Below, in pieces: positions 52,601 through 64,000 of a stretch of 64,000 nt of DNA (within the stretch, counting starts at the first letter, position 1; each line of letters begins with the position of its first letter). The notes under the pieces were generated by a model, which made no database searches, was not told the origin of the DNA, and saw only the letters and a list, made by a program, of their open reading frames with translations. The DNA is from Azolla caroliniana (Eukaryota; Plantae; Polypodiophyta): NCBI GenBank assembly GCA_043228905.1, contig JBHGNT010000004.1, positions 22,568,001 to 22,632,000 on the forward strand, given 5' to 3'. The translations under genes were made by a program, and so were the position numbers.

Positions 52601-55600
52601 GTGAGTCATAAACCCAAGTAAAACAATGGTTATAATTCAAAATTTGCACATGAATAGTTATGAAGAATGGAAGATGATTGTTAGACAAAAAGAAATTTGG
52701 ACATATATTAAAGAGGCTAGAAAAAGAAGTGATTAAGTGGTCAAGAATGTAGAAACACAAATGTAATTCTTGAGATAACCTATATACACCTTGTGTGTGA
52801 ACACATATTTTTAGGGGGTGTGTGTGTGTGTGTTAAAGCCCGTTAATAAATAAAATGAACACCTTAGATAGATATCCCATTCACTCTCCCATCATCACTA
52901 GATTGTTCATAACTTCTATATATAGTTGCATAGAAGTTCTATGTAAATCAAGAGCTCTCTCTTGTCCGAACTTTGCCTTGGGCTAGGCCCCATCTCATAG
53001 ATTGCAACAAGTTTCCCATGGACATTAAATATATATTTATTATCTCCACCTCTCACACACATAACACTTGCATATATTATTTGATCTATTTTGTTGCAAA
53101 GAACTATATTCTTTGGTATGTTTACATATATATTGGATGCACTTACCAATAAGTTCTTCGAGAAGGTCATTTGTTGTGAAAGTGTAGACCAATCTTGAAA
53201 AGCTCTACGAGCTCAAGTTTCTAATGCAAGAAAATATCAAAAATTTCGAGAAACATTTCGGATGAATGTCTAATAGGGAAGATACAAAGAGGCTAGATGT
53301 AACGGAAAAGGTAAATCAAAATTATGTAAAACCCAATATGACCATTCTTTCAAAGGTACATTGAAACATTTTGTAAAGTTTGTTTTTAAATATATGAAGG
53401 CTTGGGATAAGCAAGTAGAAAGTGGCAGATCCTTGTGATTTTTGTGTTGAGAAAGTTAGCAAGCCAACAATTTATGGTTTTGTACAAGTCATCTTTATGG
53501 TTCAAAAAGGAGAGAAATGTGTATTGATAGTAAGCAATGTTTTGATGTTGCGTGTGGTCCAGAATAAGCACAAGTTTCCTTTATCTTTATTCATATCTTT
53601 GTAAATGGGTTATGCAATGCTTGGAAGAAATGATTAAGTTGCTTTTGGACTTGAATTGCTCTTGAAATGTCACTTAATGATTAGAATTGTATTCACAATG
53701 ATAGCGTAAAAAATATGGGTCAACGGACAATAGAGTTGCTTGATGTTGAAAATAATGATTGCCACATGAAACTTAAAGGTTGTTTAGACACGATCACATA
53801 AAGTTAGATGTCAATTAGTGTGAGGCCAATCATGGACCACTTTTTAAGCACCATGTAAACGAGAAAGAAGTTTGCTTTATGAGGATAACCACTGATGTAA
53901 CCTTTCCCTCCTTTTCCTAGATGAACATTAATTTAACAAATATTTTAGTTGTGCTAGAGACAACCCTATGCCTTGGATTAGTATTTTAAGTTGAGTGGTT
54001 CCTTAGTGTAATGTTATTTAAAAATTATTTCAACTCTCTACCTTGTAATGTAACCTTCTTGTTTCCCTTTAAATAGGGGGTACTTAAGTATCAACCATTA
54101 TTACTAGTTCTAGCTGACTAGAGTCAATCCACGCATTGGAAGATTACACTACAACCTACTTTGGCATTAATATAAATGGACGTATGATTACTTGGTTTTT
54201 ATCCTGCAATGTTTGGCATTGAAGCAATTCATTGTTTTGTAACACTACTGCATTATTTTGGCTCAATGATGGTGACTATGAAGTTCATGAATGAGAGAGA
54301 ATATATGGTAGTGTGAGTTGTGACATGCACATTTGAGGTTATAAATGTTTGAGAGATATATGGAAAATTCTTCGTAGAGTTCGTACAAGATATATTCCTA
54401 GAACATACACATACATTAATTTAATGAACTTTATAGTATTGATGAATGTTGCTATCCTTTATTGAAGTGGTTCCAAGAAAGGGGTCATAAGCTACAATTT
54501 GTACTTCAATATGGCAAGAGAAAAGTGACGACACATTAAGAGGAACAGACAATGTTCGAACAACAATTGATCCAGGTGAGGTGAACAACATAAAACATGC
54601 ACAATCATTAAAGACATTTTATCTAGTGGGAGCAAACTTTCTTCTTCAAATCAAGATAATAGACGTTGGCAAAAGAGAATGAACAAGTGAGGCTTCATAT
54701 ATGCTTCCCAACTTCTCCTTAAAAAGGGAGTGTTGAGTAAATAAGCTCAATTTGGGCATCGATACAAGCAACAAAGGATATAATGTACAGAGTATGACTA
54801 AATGCACATCCAACTTATAAAGCATTGCGTATGTCATACATCAATAGTACCTATTTTACTCCAAACATGTAATTCACGTTTATTTTCACTAACCTCTCTC
54901 TTTAATCTACACTAACTATATATGCTCAAGCATAATGACCTTCAATACCTTAACTTTATGATCTTTCACATACTCATGCTCTCCAATACGACAATTTCCA
55001 ACAAACACAAGCAAGGGAGGAAGAATGTAGGCTCAAAGAATTGGCTTCAACTTAAAAATGATAGGGTCTTGTATTCTAATTGATCACTTCAATATGGCAA
55101 GCCATCATGGACTCAAGTTCAACCACTTATGCTTTTGAATATCGAAGAAGATGCACAAACACTAGTTAATATGGTAATGAAGTGTTTTTCTTACTAGGCC
55201 TAGCATAACCAAGGTGAAAGAAGGTTTGATTTTTCAATGTGGTTACAAAAGAGGAGGCATAAATAAATAACCCGATGATGACATCTTAGAATAACAAAAC
55301 AACAAAGCAATATTATAAGGGAGGGGAGAAAGAGAATGATTGCCTCAAATATGGAGACCTATAATGCAAAATTTGGCTACAAACCTACATATTTTACTTG
55401 GATAACATCAATTACATTAGGTGGAAACCTTCATTATATGTAATTGAAAAGAAAATTTGAGACCTTGTGTTGTTGATTTTAAAGGCAATATTTGTTATCG
55501 ACATCAAATATTACATTCTATCAATATTAAAGTATCAATTCTATCACCAAGTATTATCAACATAGTTAGCTAAGACGGATTTCATTTCATTGTAGGATGT

Positions 55601-55849
55601 CCACTACTATAGTGTGATGCGTTTTGCAGACACAAACATGCATTATAAAGATATCATCAAATTCATTAGACATACGACAAAGAAAAGAAACAAATTCCTT
55701 AAAAGAAGAGAAAGAACAAATCCATAAAATGCTACGATTGAATTCATTATGTAAATATGCCAAACAAGGAAATCAAGAAATGTAATTTTTTCTATAGTAA
55801 GGAACTTCAAATTTCTAGATTTTTTCAAAGAAGCATAGCTACACTACAT

Positions 55850-56500
55850 TGTGGCATTAATCCTTTAGGCATGCCCAAATATATTTTATGTAGGAGATAT
55901 TGAGTATGATGATTGCTCAATGGTTGGTCCAACCAACCCTTGTGGAAGCATGAAGACAAAGGTGTTGATTGGATCATTGTACTTTATATTTATCATTAAC
56001 GATTACACTAGTATAGCATAGTATATTAATATTTTTCCAAAGGAAAATGTTGAGTCATTTGACAACATTATAGACAAGAAAATATATTGGAGAAGGTGAA
56101 CGTGCATAGTGGATTGAGATTAAATGCTCTCCAATGCTTTTCAAGTGTACTTATATGGTGAAGGAAACACATGATAATTGATCATGGCATATACAACTCC
56201 ACAAAATGCGGTGATGAAGCAAAACAACCATACTTTTCTACAGTGCCCAAAGAATTAAACATGTTGTACCCTTATTTCGTGGCATTGTTAGAAACAAATA
56301 TCTATTGGAGGAAAAGACTCCTCTAGAAGGATACTAACATTGGAACATTCTATGTTGTGCATTTTTAGATATATTGGGGATGTCAACAACGCATACATGA
56401 CTTGAATGTAGTTATGAAACTAGAAAGTAATAACTTTATCTAGATAAGTGGATATAACATTGAGTCTTAGGACAATTGAATCTACAATAACAGCTGGCAC
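55850..56500 (+). mobile_element. Highly decayed Copia integrase relic
   Basis: At ~56186-56240 the sequence reads AYTTPQNAVMKQNNHTFL, resembling PYTPQQNGVAERKNRTLL. Boundaries are approximate. Confidence 0.4.
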
Positions 56501-57647
56501 CCAATCTAGGAAGGTTCACATCCCTTCCGTATTAGAGGGATGAAATGAAAACCTTAAGAGGATAACAACAAATTATTGAGCTAGCCTAAATCAAGGTGGA
56601 AAGGATCTAGATCTAGAGAACCCAACGTTAGGGCTATCTTAAAAGTCATAATCAAGCAAGGCAAAATTCGGGTTGGACGATTATGTTGATCAAGAAGGGT
56701 TAAGGAGGATGTACTTGGAGTTTGTAGCATCCAAGTGTCATGAATCATATAGAAATGGTTAGTCCTTTCACCACGAGATTCCATGATTTCGATTGCTCTC
56801 CCTATTAACAATGGCATGGGGACTAGGATTATCCACATTTCAACTCCCATTTTGTGTATGTTAAATGCAAAACTTCGTCATTTAATCTCTCAATTTGCAA
56901 CAGGCTTAGCTTGATGTTAGCAACAACCTAGAGGCTTCTATTGATCACATCCTAGAAATCCAATGTTCTTGATAGCAATTTTCTCTCTCGTCATAGACAA
57001 AGCTAGTCGAAAATAAATCTAGTTCATTGAATCATGTGGCCTCTAAAACTAAGAAGAAGATCATGAATCATCCCACACAAACAATTGTAGTTTTTAAGTC
57101 CCCAATCTTTTTACCACATGTCAACAATGTTGGGATTTTAATTACAAAAACTCTTGATCACATTCTGACAGTTGAAAATTTTCGTCACATTCATGCAATG
57201 AATCATCTTATGGCTCGAACGAAAAGTGTATGTAAGGGTGCAACAACATACCCGACCACAATACGTGAGTTCCTTGGGGATTATTCACTCCTTTGCAAAT
57301 GGTAGTAAGCTTCTTTTAAAGGACGATATTGTTCTGGTTAGAAGCATTGCCTAGTTATTCTCCACAAGTGGACCTTTGCTTTGTTTCCATCACATTTCGA
57401 CTTCAATTTCAAGAGGCCATTCGACTTCAAGTGTATTACATACAAAACAATGCAAAGTTGAACGATGATCACAACTATCAATAGAATGTTTAATGATTTG
57501 GTCACGTAATGAGACATTGACATTTTGGGATTTTGTTTTCAACATTAACTCGACTATGATGCTAAGAGGACATCCTTAAAGTTCATCACATGACTAAATG
57601 ATGATAGACGCCAAGTACAATATCGTCGAGAGAGAGAGAGAGTCCAG

Positions 57648-57719
57648 ATGGATGTAGCTCAGTTTGTAAGGTTGCCCAATGGAGACTAGTTGGTCATGGG
57701 TTCAACCCCTACATTCCAT
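57648..57719 (+). other. tRNA-like sequence (tRNA pseudogene or SINE head)
   Basis: 72 nt with A-box TAGCTCAGTTTG and B-box GGTTCAACCC at tRNA spacing. The acceptor stem (ATGGA/TCCAT) and T stem are partial, and there is no clean anticodon arm. Confidence 0.5.
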
Positions 57720-57765
57720 AGTGGCATCTAGTGAATTAAGAGATATATAAAGTATATAATAGAGA

Positions 57766-57838
57766 GGTGAGGAAGTTGGGTTTCGAACCCAGAACGCAAT
57801 GCTTATAGTGATAACAACTTACCACTAGGGTAAGGTAA
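57766..57838 (-). other. Second tRNA-like sequence (SINE head) on the opposite strand
   Basis: The minus strand has A-box-like TACCCTAGTGGTAAG and B-box GGGTTCGAAACCC (plus 57778-57790) with a T-stem hairpin. Confidence 0.4.
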
Positions 57839-58049
57839 TTATGATAAAGAATAAAACAAAAGAAGAAGAACGTGTGCGAAATGACAACCAAACAGGGGAA
57901 CTCGTCTTCTCTCACGACACTCGACAACTACTCATTCGTTGTCGGTTGAGGCTACATACGACATTTCGAAACGCGATCGATGCTCATTCGTGAATTGATG
58001 AATGGATGAAAAGTCTACGATGTGCCAACCATGACGACCCGTGTTCTTA

Positions 58050-58265
58050 TGTCCGTCCGTCCTTCTATTCTTCTGCCCATCTATCCTTTTGTCCTTTCGC
58101 CCAATCTGTCCATCTGCCCTTTCAGTCCACATGTCCTTTCGTCTTTTCATCTGTCCATCCATCCATTCGTATGTCCTTCTGTCCTTCCATCCGCCCTTCC
58201 TTTCGTCCTTCTGTCTGTCCTCCCGTCCTATCTGTCCTTCCGTCCGTCCTTTTGGTTGCCCATCG
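58050..58265. repeat. Degenerate pyrimidine-rich tetranucleotide repeat (CCGT/CTGT/CCAT/CCTT)
   Basis: gtccgtccgtccttc, ctgtccatccatcc and ccttccgtccgtcc reiterated over ~200 bp. Confidence 0.8.
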
Positions 58266-58747
58266 GCTGCTCGGACATTGATTGGTGAAATGTTTGTGTT
58301 GTGTCGTTGGAGGTGTGCCTTGCCAGAGCCACACAACCAAATGCATAGCAAGTAGAAATAAAACCTCGCCCTTCTCTTCTTCTTCTCCTTCTTCTTTTGT
58401 GTTTTATGTACATACATACTTACATTCATGTTTTACTCTTCCTTTCGCGCTCTGAGTCTTCCGTTTCTCTCTGTGCAACCCTAAAATTTTCACAGACCCA
58501 GACCCTGACCCTGACGCAGACACGAACCATGGACACGCGCATACGCATGTCGTCTTCTCTTTCCTTTTGCTTCTTCCCTGCGTGAAACCCTATTTTCCAC
58601 GCAGACTAAAACAAACCTTCCTTTTCGTTGCATGAGGAAGAAATCTCCATCTCCTCCTGCCAATACCTAATAATTCTGCAGCTTCCCGAGGGTTCCAGTT
58701 CCCCCCCTCCCTTTCTGCAGTTAAGAGAAAGACAGAGAAAAAGAAAG

Positions 58748-61731
58748 ATGATTGTGGCAGATGATCAGATCGTTGGAAGGATTGTGGAGATTCTGGATAG
58801 AGCTGATCTGACAACCATAACCTTTGCTGCGATAAGGAGGCAGCTGGAAGAGGATTTCCGAACTGATTTGACAGACAAGAAAGCCTTCATACGAGAACAG
58901 GTCGATCTCTACCTTCGGTTTCAGCAGCATAGCCATCACCAGCAACAGCATCATCATCAACAACAACAGATTCTTCTTCAACAACAACAACAGCAACGCC
59001 ATCATCATCAGCATCTTCAGCAACAACAGCAGCAACAGCATCAACTTCAGCATTTCAGAGACTTGCATCCGTCACAGCATCCTTTACAGCATTTCAGACG
59101 AGACATCGATCTTCTTCTTCCTCATGCTTCTTCTGAAGATCCTGAGATCGATGATACAGTGCAGATTATTGTTGAAGAAGAGTATGAAGAACCAGATGCG
59201 ACCGTTTTCCAGGAAAATGCCTTAAGTACTAGTAAACGGAAGTAAGTCTTTGTAATGCTTTCAAACCTTTATTTTTATAATTGCAGTTAATGTCTTTTTG
59301 CATGCATTTCCTGTGTAAAAGAACACAGGTTTTGCATACTTTTAGGGCTTCGTTTTGGAATTGATGATAATGGTGTTCTAGATGCATTTCCTGCGTCGTT
59401 TTGGAATTGATGATAGTAGTGTTCTAGATTCATTTCCTGTGTAATTTATATGCTGGGGCTGTACATGCATTTTGGAATTCTATCTATATTGGCTCTGGAA
59501 AGGCTAAGACCTGAATGAGGTGAGAAAGACAATGTGTCAAAGTTACCATTTTTGGATGGTTGAAGTCTGTAGCTTTGCAAAACTTGCTCTGCTTTTTTTA
59601 CAGAGATTTTTGTTTTTAGGTTGAAGTGAGAGACTCCTTGCAGGGATTAGGTATCTCTATTTAGAGCAAGACTAATTATCTTAAAAAATGCAAAGTTCCC
59701 AGATCCAAGCTGATCAAATTTCCATCAAAATCAAATTCAAGAAGAAAAAAACAACACATGATTTTTTGGGGGTTGCCATAAACAAGTTTCGACACTCTGT
59801 TTCTCCTTTTGTGTTTCTAATTGTGTTAAATGTTTGTGATGGACGCACTCGTTCTTTTTCGATTCTCAGTTTACTCATCCACAGACAATAGGGAAATGCA
59901 TATTAAAGATGATAAAAACATCTGTCCAACAAAAAACGTAGCTGCAGAAAAGGACATCTATATTTCTTTAGAGAGTGTTTAGGAGATAGTCCGAGCTTAG
60001 AAGTGTTTTAGATATGTCCCAAGTATTCATAAGAGAAATCTATCTATACCTCATTAAAATGCTGGCATTTAAGTATGTTGCTATTTTATAAAAGGTTTTT
60101 CTTTACAAAGTTGTAAAACTGAATAGTCCTTGTAGAACTTTTCTGGTCTTTCAGATTCCAAATTAATAACAGTGTACAAATGTGTGGAAAAGTATGGTGC
60201 TACATGAGTCTATCCTGTCCCAGTGATGTAATCTTATTTTTGAAATAAAAAATTTCAAGTATATTTATTATTACGATTCCAGGGTACAGGAGAAAAAGAA
60301 AAGAACTGGAGGTGGGCTCGTAAAACCATGTGCATTATCAGAAGAACTTCAGGCTATATTAGGAGAGAGAGAATTGTCAAGGATCCAGGTGCATTGTGAA
60401 TAATGCATATTTAATAACTTCTGTAATTTTGAAGCCTATTTTATTTACATATTTATGTGTATAGTAAAGAATGATCTTAATGATATTTGAAACAGGTTGT
60501 GAAGGCACTTTGGGTTTACATCCGGGAAAAGAATTTGCAAGATCCTGAAAATAGGCGAAAGATAATTTGTGATGATGCATTAAAAGTTTTGCTCGGGTGT
60601 GAGTCGACTGACATGTTTCAGATGAATAAGCTACTATCTAAACATATATGGCCACTGGGTGGTCCAAGAGGTAAACACAATGCGATTTTTACATGCACTA
60701 ATCAAATATGAACTTAAAAAAACTGAAAGAACAGATTGTTATGTAATATGTATTCAGACGGAGATGAGCCTAAGCCGAAAAGGGTGAAGCCAGATAAGAG
60801 TAGTCATCGCGACACTGAAGGCGGATCATCGAAATTGAGTCGTTTCATGGCTCCTCATCCTCTCTCAGAGGCACTCATAAATTTCCTTGGCACTGGAGAA
60901 AGTGAGCTTCCAAGGACAGAAGTGGTGAAACGCATGTGGGACTATATAAAAGGAAACCAATTACAGGTTTGCTTTTGAACGTGGGCTAGTTTTCATTGCA
61001 GGCTCTGTGTGGTATTATATCTCATATAAAGCTTCAACAACATCAGTGGCCTAAGACCAGTAGGAATTTGTTATGAACAAGTATGTAGTTGCCTGACTAA
61101 TGCATGCTAACATTACAAAGGCTCCACATTACCAAAAATAATAAAGTTAGATTGCTCTATAAGTGCAACCCAGAAAATAGTCATGGGCGTTTTATATATT
61201 GAAAAATGATTTTTGTAATGCATCCTGTAGTATATATATCCTCATTACATAAGAGAAACCAGAAAACTTCTAGACAATGGGATGGACACATGCTTGCCAT
61301 ACAGCTTGTAAGTAGAAAAGTGTATGAGATGCAATAAGAATGGAGACTCATTGTTTCTTGACGCAGACTCTATATCAAATTGATGATGATAATGAGAATA
61401 GAAGATGCCCAGCTTTAGCTTTCTAAGATCATTCTAAACTCTAGAATCATAAATTTTGTTTGACCTTCATGTTTCTGGGGCTTTCATTTTTAACTTGATT
61501 ATCAATACTTCGTTTGCAAGATCAAGACCTAAACACTAACATCTTAAATTTGGTGTTTTGATATTCATGTTTATGTTTCTTTCATTCCAATTTTATTGTA
61601 ACATTTTCTAGGACCCTGCGGACAAGAGACGGATAGTTTGCGACAACAAACTTCGAGATCTGCTCGGATGTGAAACTTTCAATGGATTTGGTATGGCTAG
61701 ATATTTATCTCCTCATTTCATCAAGAGTTGA
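58748..61731 (+). CDS. DEK-C + two SWIB/MDM2 domain protein (UAF30/spp27-like), ~367 aa
   Basis: Exons 58748-59241, 60283-60388, 60496-60670, 60758-60966 and 61612-61731 (1104 nt, in phase). DEK-C reads IVEILDRADLTTITFAAIRRQLEEDF..DLTDKKAFIREQVD. SWIB1 reads SRIQVVKALWVYIREKNLQDPENRRKIICDDALK and SWIB2 PRTEVVKRMWDYIKGNQLQDPADKRRIVCDNKL. Confidence 0.93.
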
Positions 61732-64000
61732 ACTTGTATGCACAAGCCATGTATAAAAGGATGTATTTGCAATTGGAGTTGAGAGTGCATTACAACTCGG
61801 ATGTGAATTTAGTTTATTCCTAGCAAGAAACAAATCTAGATACAGAACAGCTTAACCTTATCTGTGAATCAGTTATTTCCTAACCAGAATTTTCTAGGTA
61901 CTGAAACAAAACTCAAACCTTATCAGCATTGGCTCGGTCATTGAGCTCATCTCGTTATGCAGCCATTTTACTAGCATGGTCTCTATTTTCCGAGATGCAA
62001 CTTATCTCTAGTATTTACATCTTGTCTTGAAGACATACATGGTCGGGGCTTTAATTCATCATCTGGTCAATTGAATGCTGACCTCTTTTTAGCTCATGGC
62101 AATTCTATTGATTGAAAGGTGCAGATAACTCCCGTTTTCATGATTATAATTCTACCAGGTGCTTGATTGATCCAAACAATTCATTTTTCCATAGTTTAGT
62201 AGTACTTAGCACCCATTGCATGGTCTTGTACATGCATGTAATCTGCTTACATGACATTCGTAAGATTTTTTGCCCCCTCCAAATACACCTGCCGTTATGT
62301 TTTAGAGATGCACCCTATTCTGTTTTCTCGCTACTAGAAAACAAAATCTACACTCTTTTTCTCAGGAAGTTCTATTAATATGCATAAATGATCTTGATTA
62401 GGAAGTTCATGAAGACTAGAAATAGTGAAGAAAAACATCAATCCCTCTTCTTTCAGCAGATGTAAACTGCAAATCTTTGGTTCGCACTGGGTTCTTCAGT
62501 TTTCCTGTAAATCGGTTCTTTTGTACACAGCATGCATGTATTGGTTATCCTTCTTAAAGCTCTTGGGTATTTAACTCATGATGTTGGCGGGCACGTGTGC
62601 CCTATTATTTGAATATTTCTAACCTGAAATGTAATTTGGATGCTCTAAATTTTGGATGTCTCCAATCTGACACATAAAATGAAAAATATATCTTGACATT
62701 GGCGGACATTTTTATGTCCTATTTCGTGAATTTTACTAATCTCACAGTTAGTAGTTTTCACCTGAATTTGAGAGTTCCCACCAATACACAAGTGCATCGT
62801 GATTGAAAACTTTTTAGATGTGACATGTATATGAAGAACTTTTGGCAAATGCTAACATCAGAAAATAGTTTACATGTATTGGGTGGATATAAATTTTTTT
62901 GGTTATTATGATTATGAAACTTTTATGCAACACTGGTTTGGGGGTTAAATAGTTGGGGGCTGTAGTTGAGGCTTAACCTCAGATTTTTGGGCTTTGTAGA
63001 AACATGATAATTATTATTCATTCCCCAATTGAGAGTATTTATTTGGCAACAACTATCGAGTATAACATTAATCATGGCCCTTTACCTATGGAAATTAGAC
63101 AGCAACTCTCTGGGGTCTCTTTGAGGTATTGGGGGTTGTGTCATTATTGGGATATGCGTAATGCAGTTGTAGTTAATGATAGGCATAGAGTGACAATATT
63201 ACTATGAGAGTTGTCAAGAGTATAGATGTGACAGTTTTGTTTATACATTCAGATACATGTAAAGTGTTTCTTTAATGGAGTGATCGTCTTGCCTATTGGT
63301 GATTCAACATGTTCCACTGCCCATGTAGTTGTGACACTCAATTGTGTTATTGTTATTGATTAATAAAATCATGTGTTTTCAATAAAAGAAAAGAAAAGCA
63401 AGGATTTATTTGTATTCCTCATGAAGTAGAGGGTTGAGACTTGAGAAACAATGTGGTGAGATTGTACAAATTGTTTTTGGGATGCCTTCACATCACTTTC
63501 TTGAATTTTGGTTAATCTTTGTGTTGAGATTGTGTATATTTTGTTTTCTTACAAAAAGCAGGGCTAAAATAAATTGAATATAGTTATTGAAGTTATGTGA
63601 CTTTCAGTTTTGTTCATATAGTTCCTTGGCATGCCTTCACATATGTTTGGAATAAACATCAAATGTTAAATAATAATTTTGTTAAACATGTATTTTAAGT
63701 TTTTATTGATAAATTATTTCCCTTGTTCACTTCTAATTATGTCCAATCTTTGTTCCTTCACTTTCTTAGGTTAGATTGACATTTTATGGGTGAGTGATAT
63801 GGCTCATTAGGTTAAGATATGAAGATTACCGTGTTTTTCTCATTTCAACATTTTATCCCCAAATTGATATTCTTAATAATGTTGAAAAGAGAGGAAACAC
63901 AAAAAAAGGAGAAAGAGAATGTAGTAATCCTTGTCAAGGTGTGTACATAGATGTTGTGCTTATGAAGACACTCCTCCATATTTAGAGAATGTCATGGTTA

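Noticed and set aside
50800-55800. Many 60-90 aa ORFs in an AT-rich intergenic stretch
   Set aside because: No recognisable motifs or consistent exon structure. Most likely decayed TE DNA that I cannot classify by eye.
57932-58429. Several overlapping 60-165 aa ORFs
   Set aside because: They are by-products of a stop-poor tetranucleotide repeat and contain no recognisable domain.

Overview
AT-rich, intron-containing land-plant nuclear DNA. A fern or other non-seed plant is plausible from the style of the repeats, but that is inference only. Eight spliced genes could be assembled by hand: the 3' end of an RsmG/GidB 16S rRNA methyltransferase (+), complex I subunit B9/NDUFA3 (-), MCM-binding protein ETG1 (-), a type I (thylakoid-like) signal peptidase (-), a 3-exon Argonaute of the AGO2/3/7 type with an intact DEDH tetrad (+), an RFI2-like RING E3 ligase (+), a DUF1997 protein (-) and a DEK-C/2xSWIB protein (+). 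Between them lie a degenerate LINE, two Mutator-like foldback elements upstream of the AGO gene, four solo LTRs with perfect 5-bp TSDs, and a four-layer nest at 33.7-43.0 kb. In that nest a Copia LTR is interrupted by a solo LTR, which is interrupted by a hAT transposon, which carries an open 288-codon N-terminal fragment of a host glutaredoxin-like gene in antisense orientation. I see no evidence for a new multi-gene system. The gene-carrying hAT and the AGO locus are the best leads. All family assignments come from remembered motifs, not database searches.
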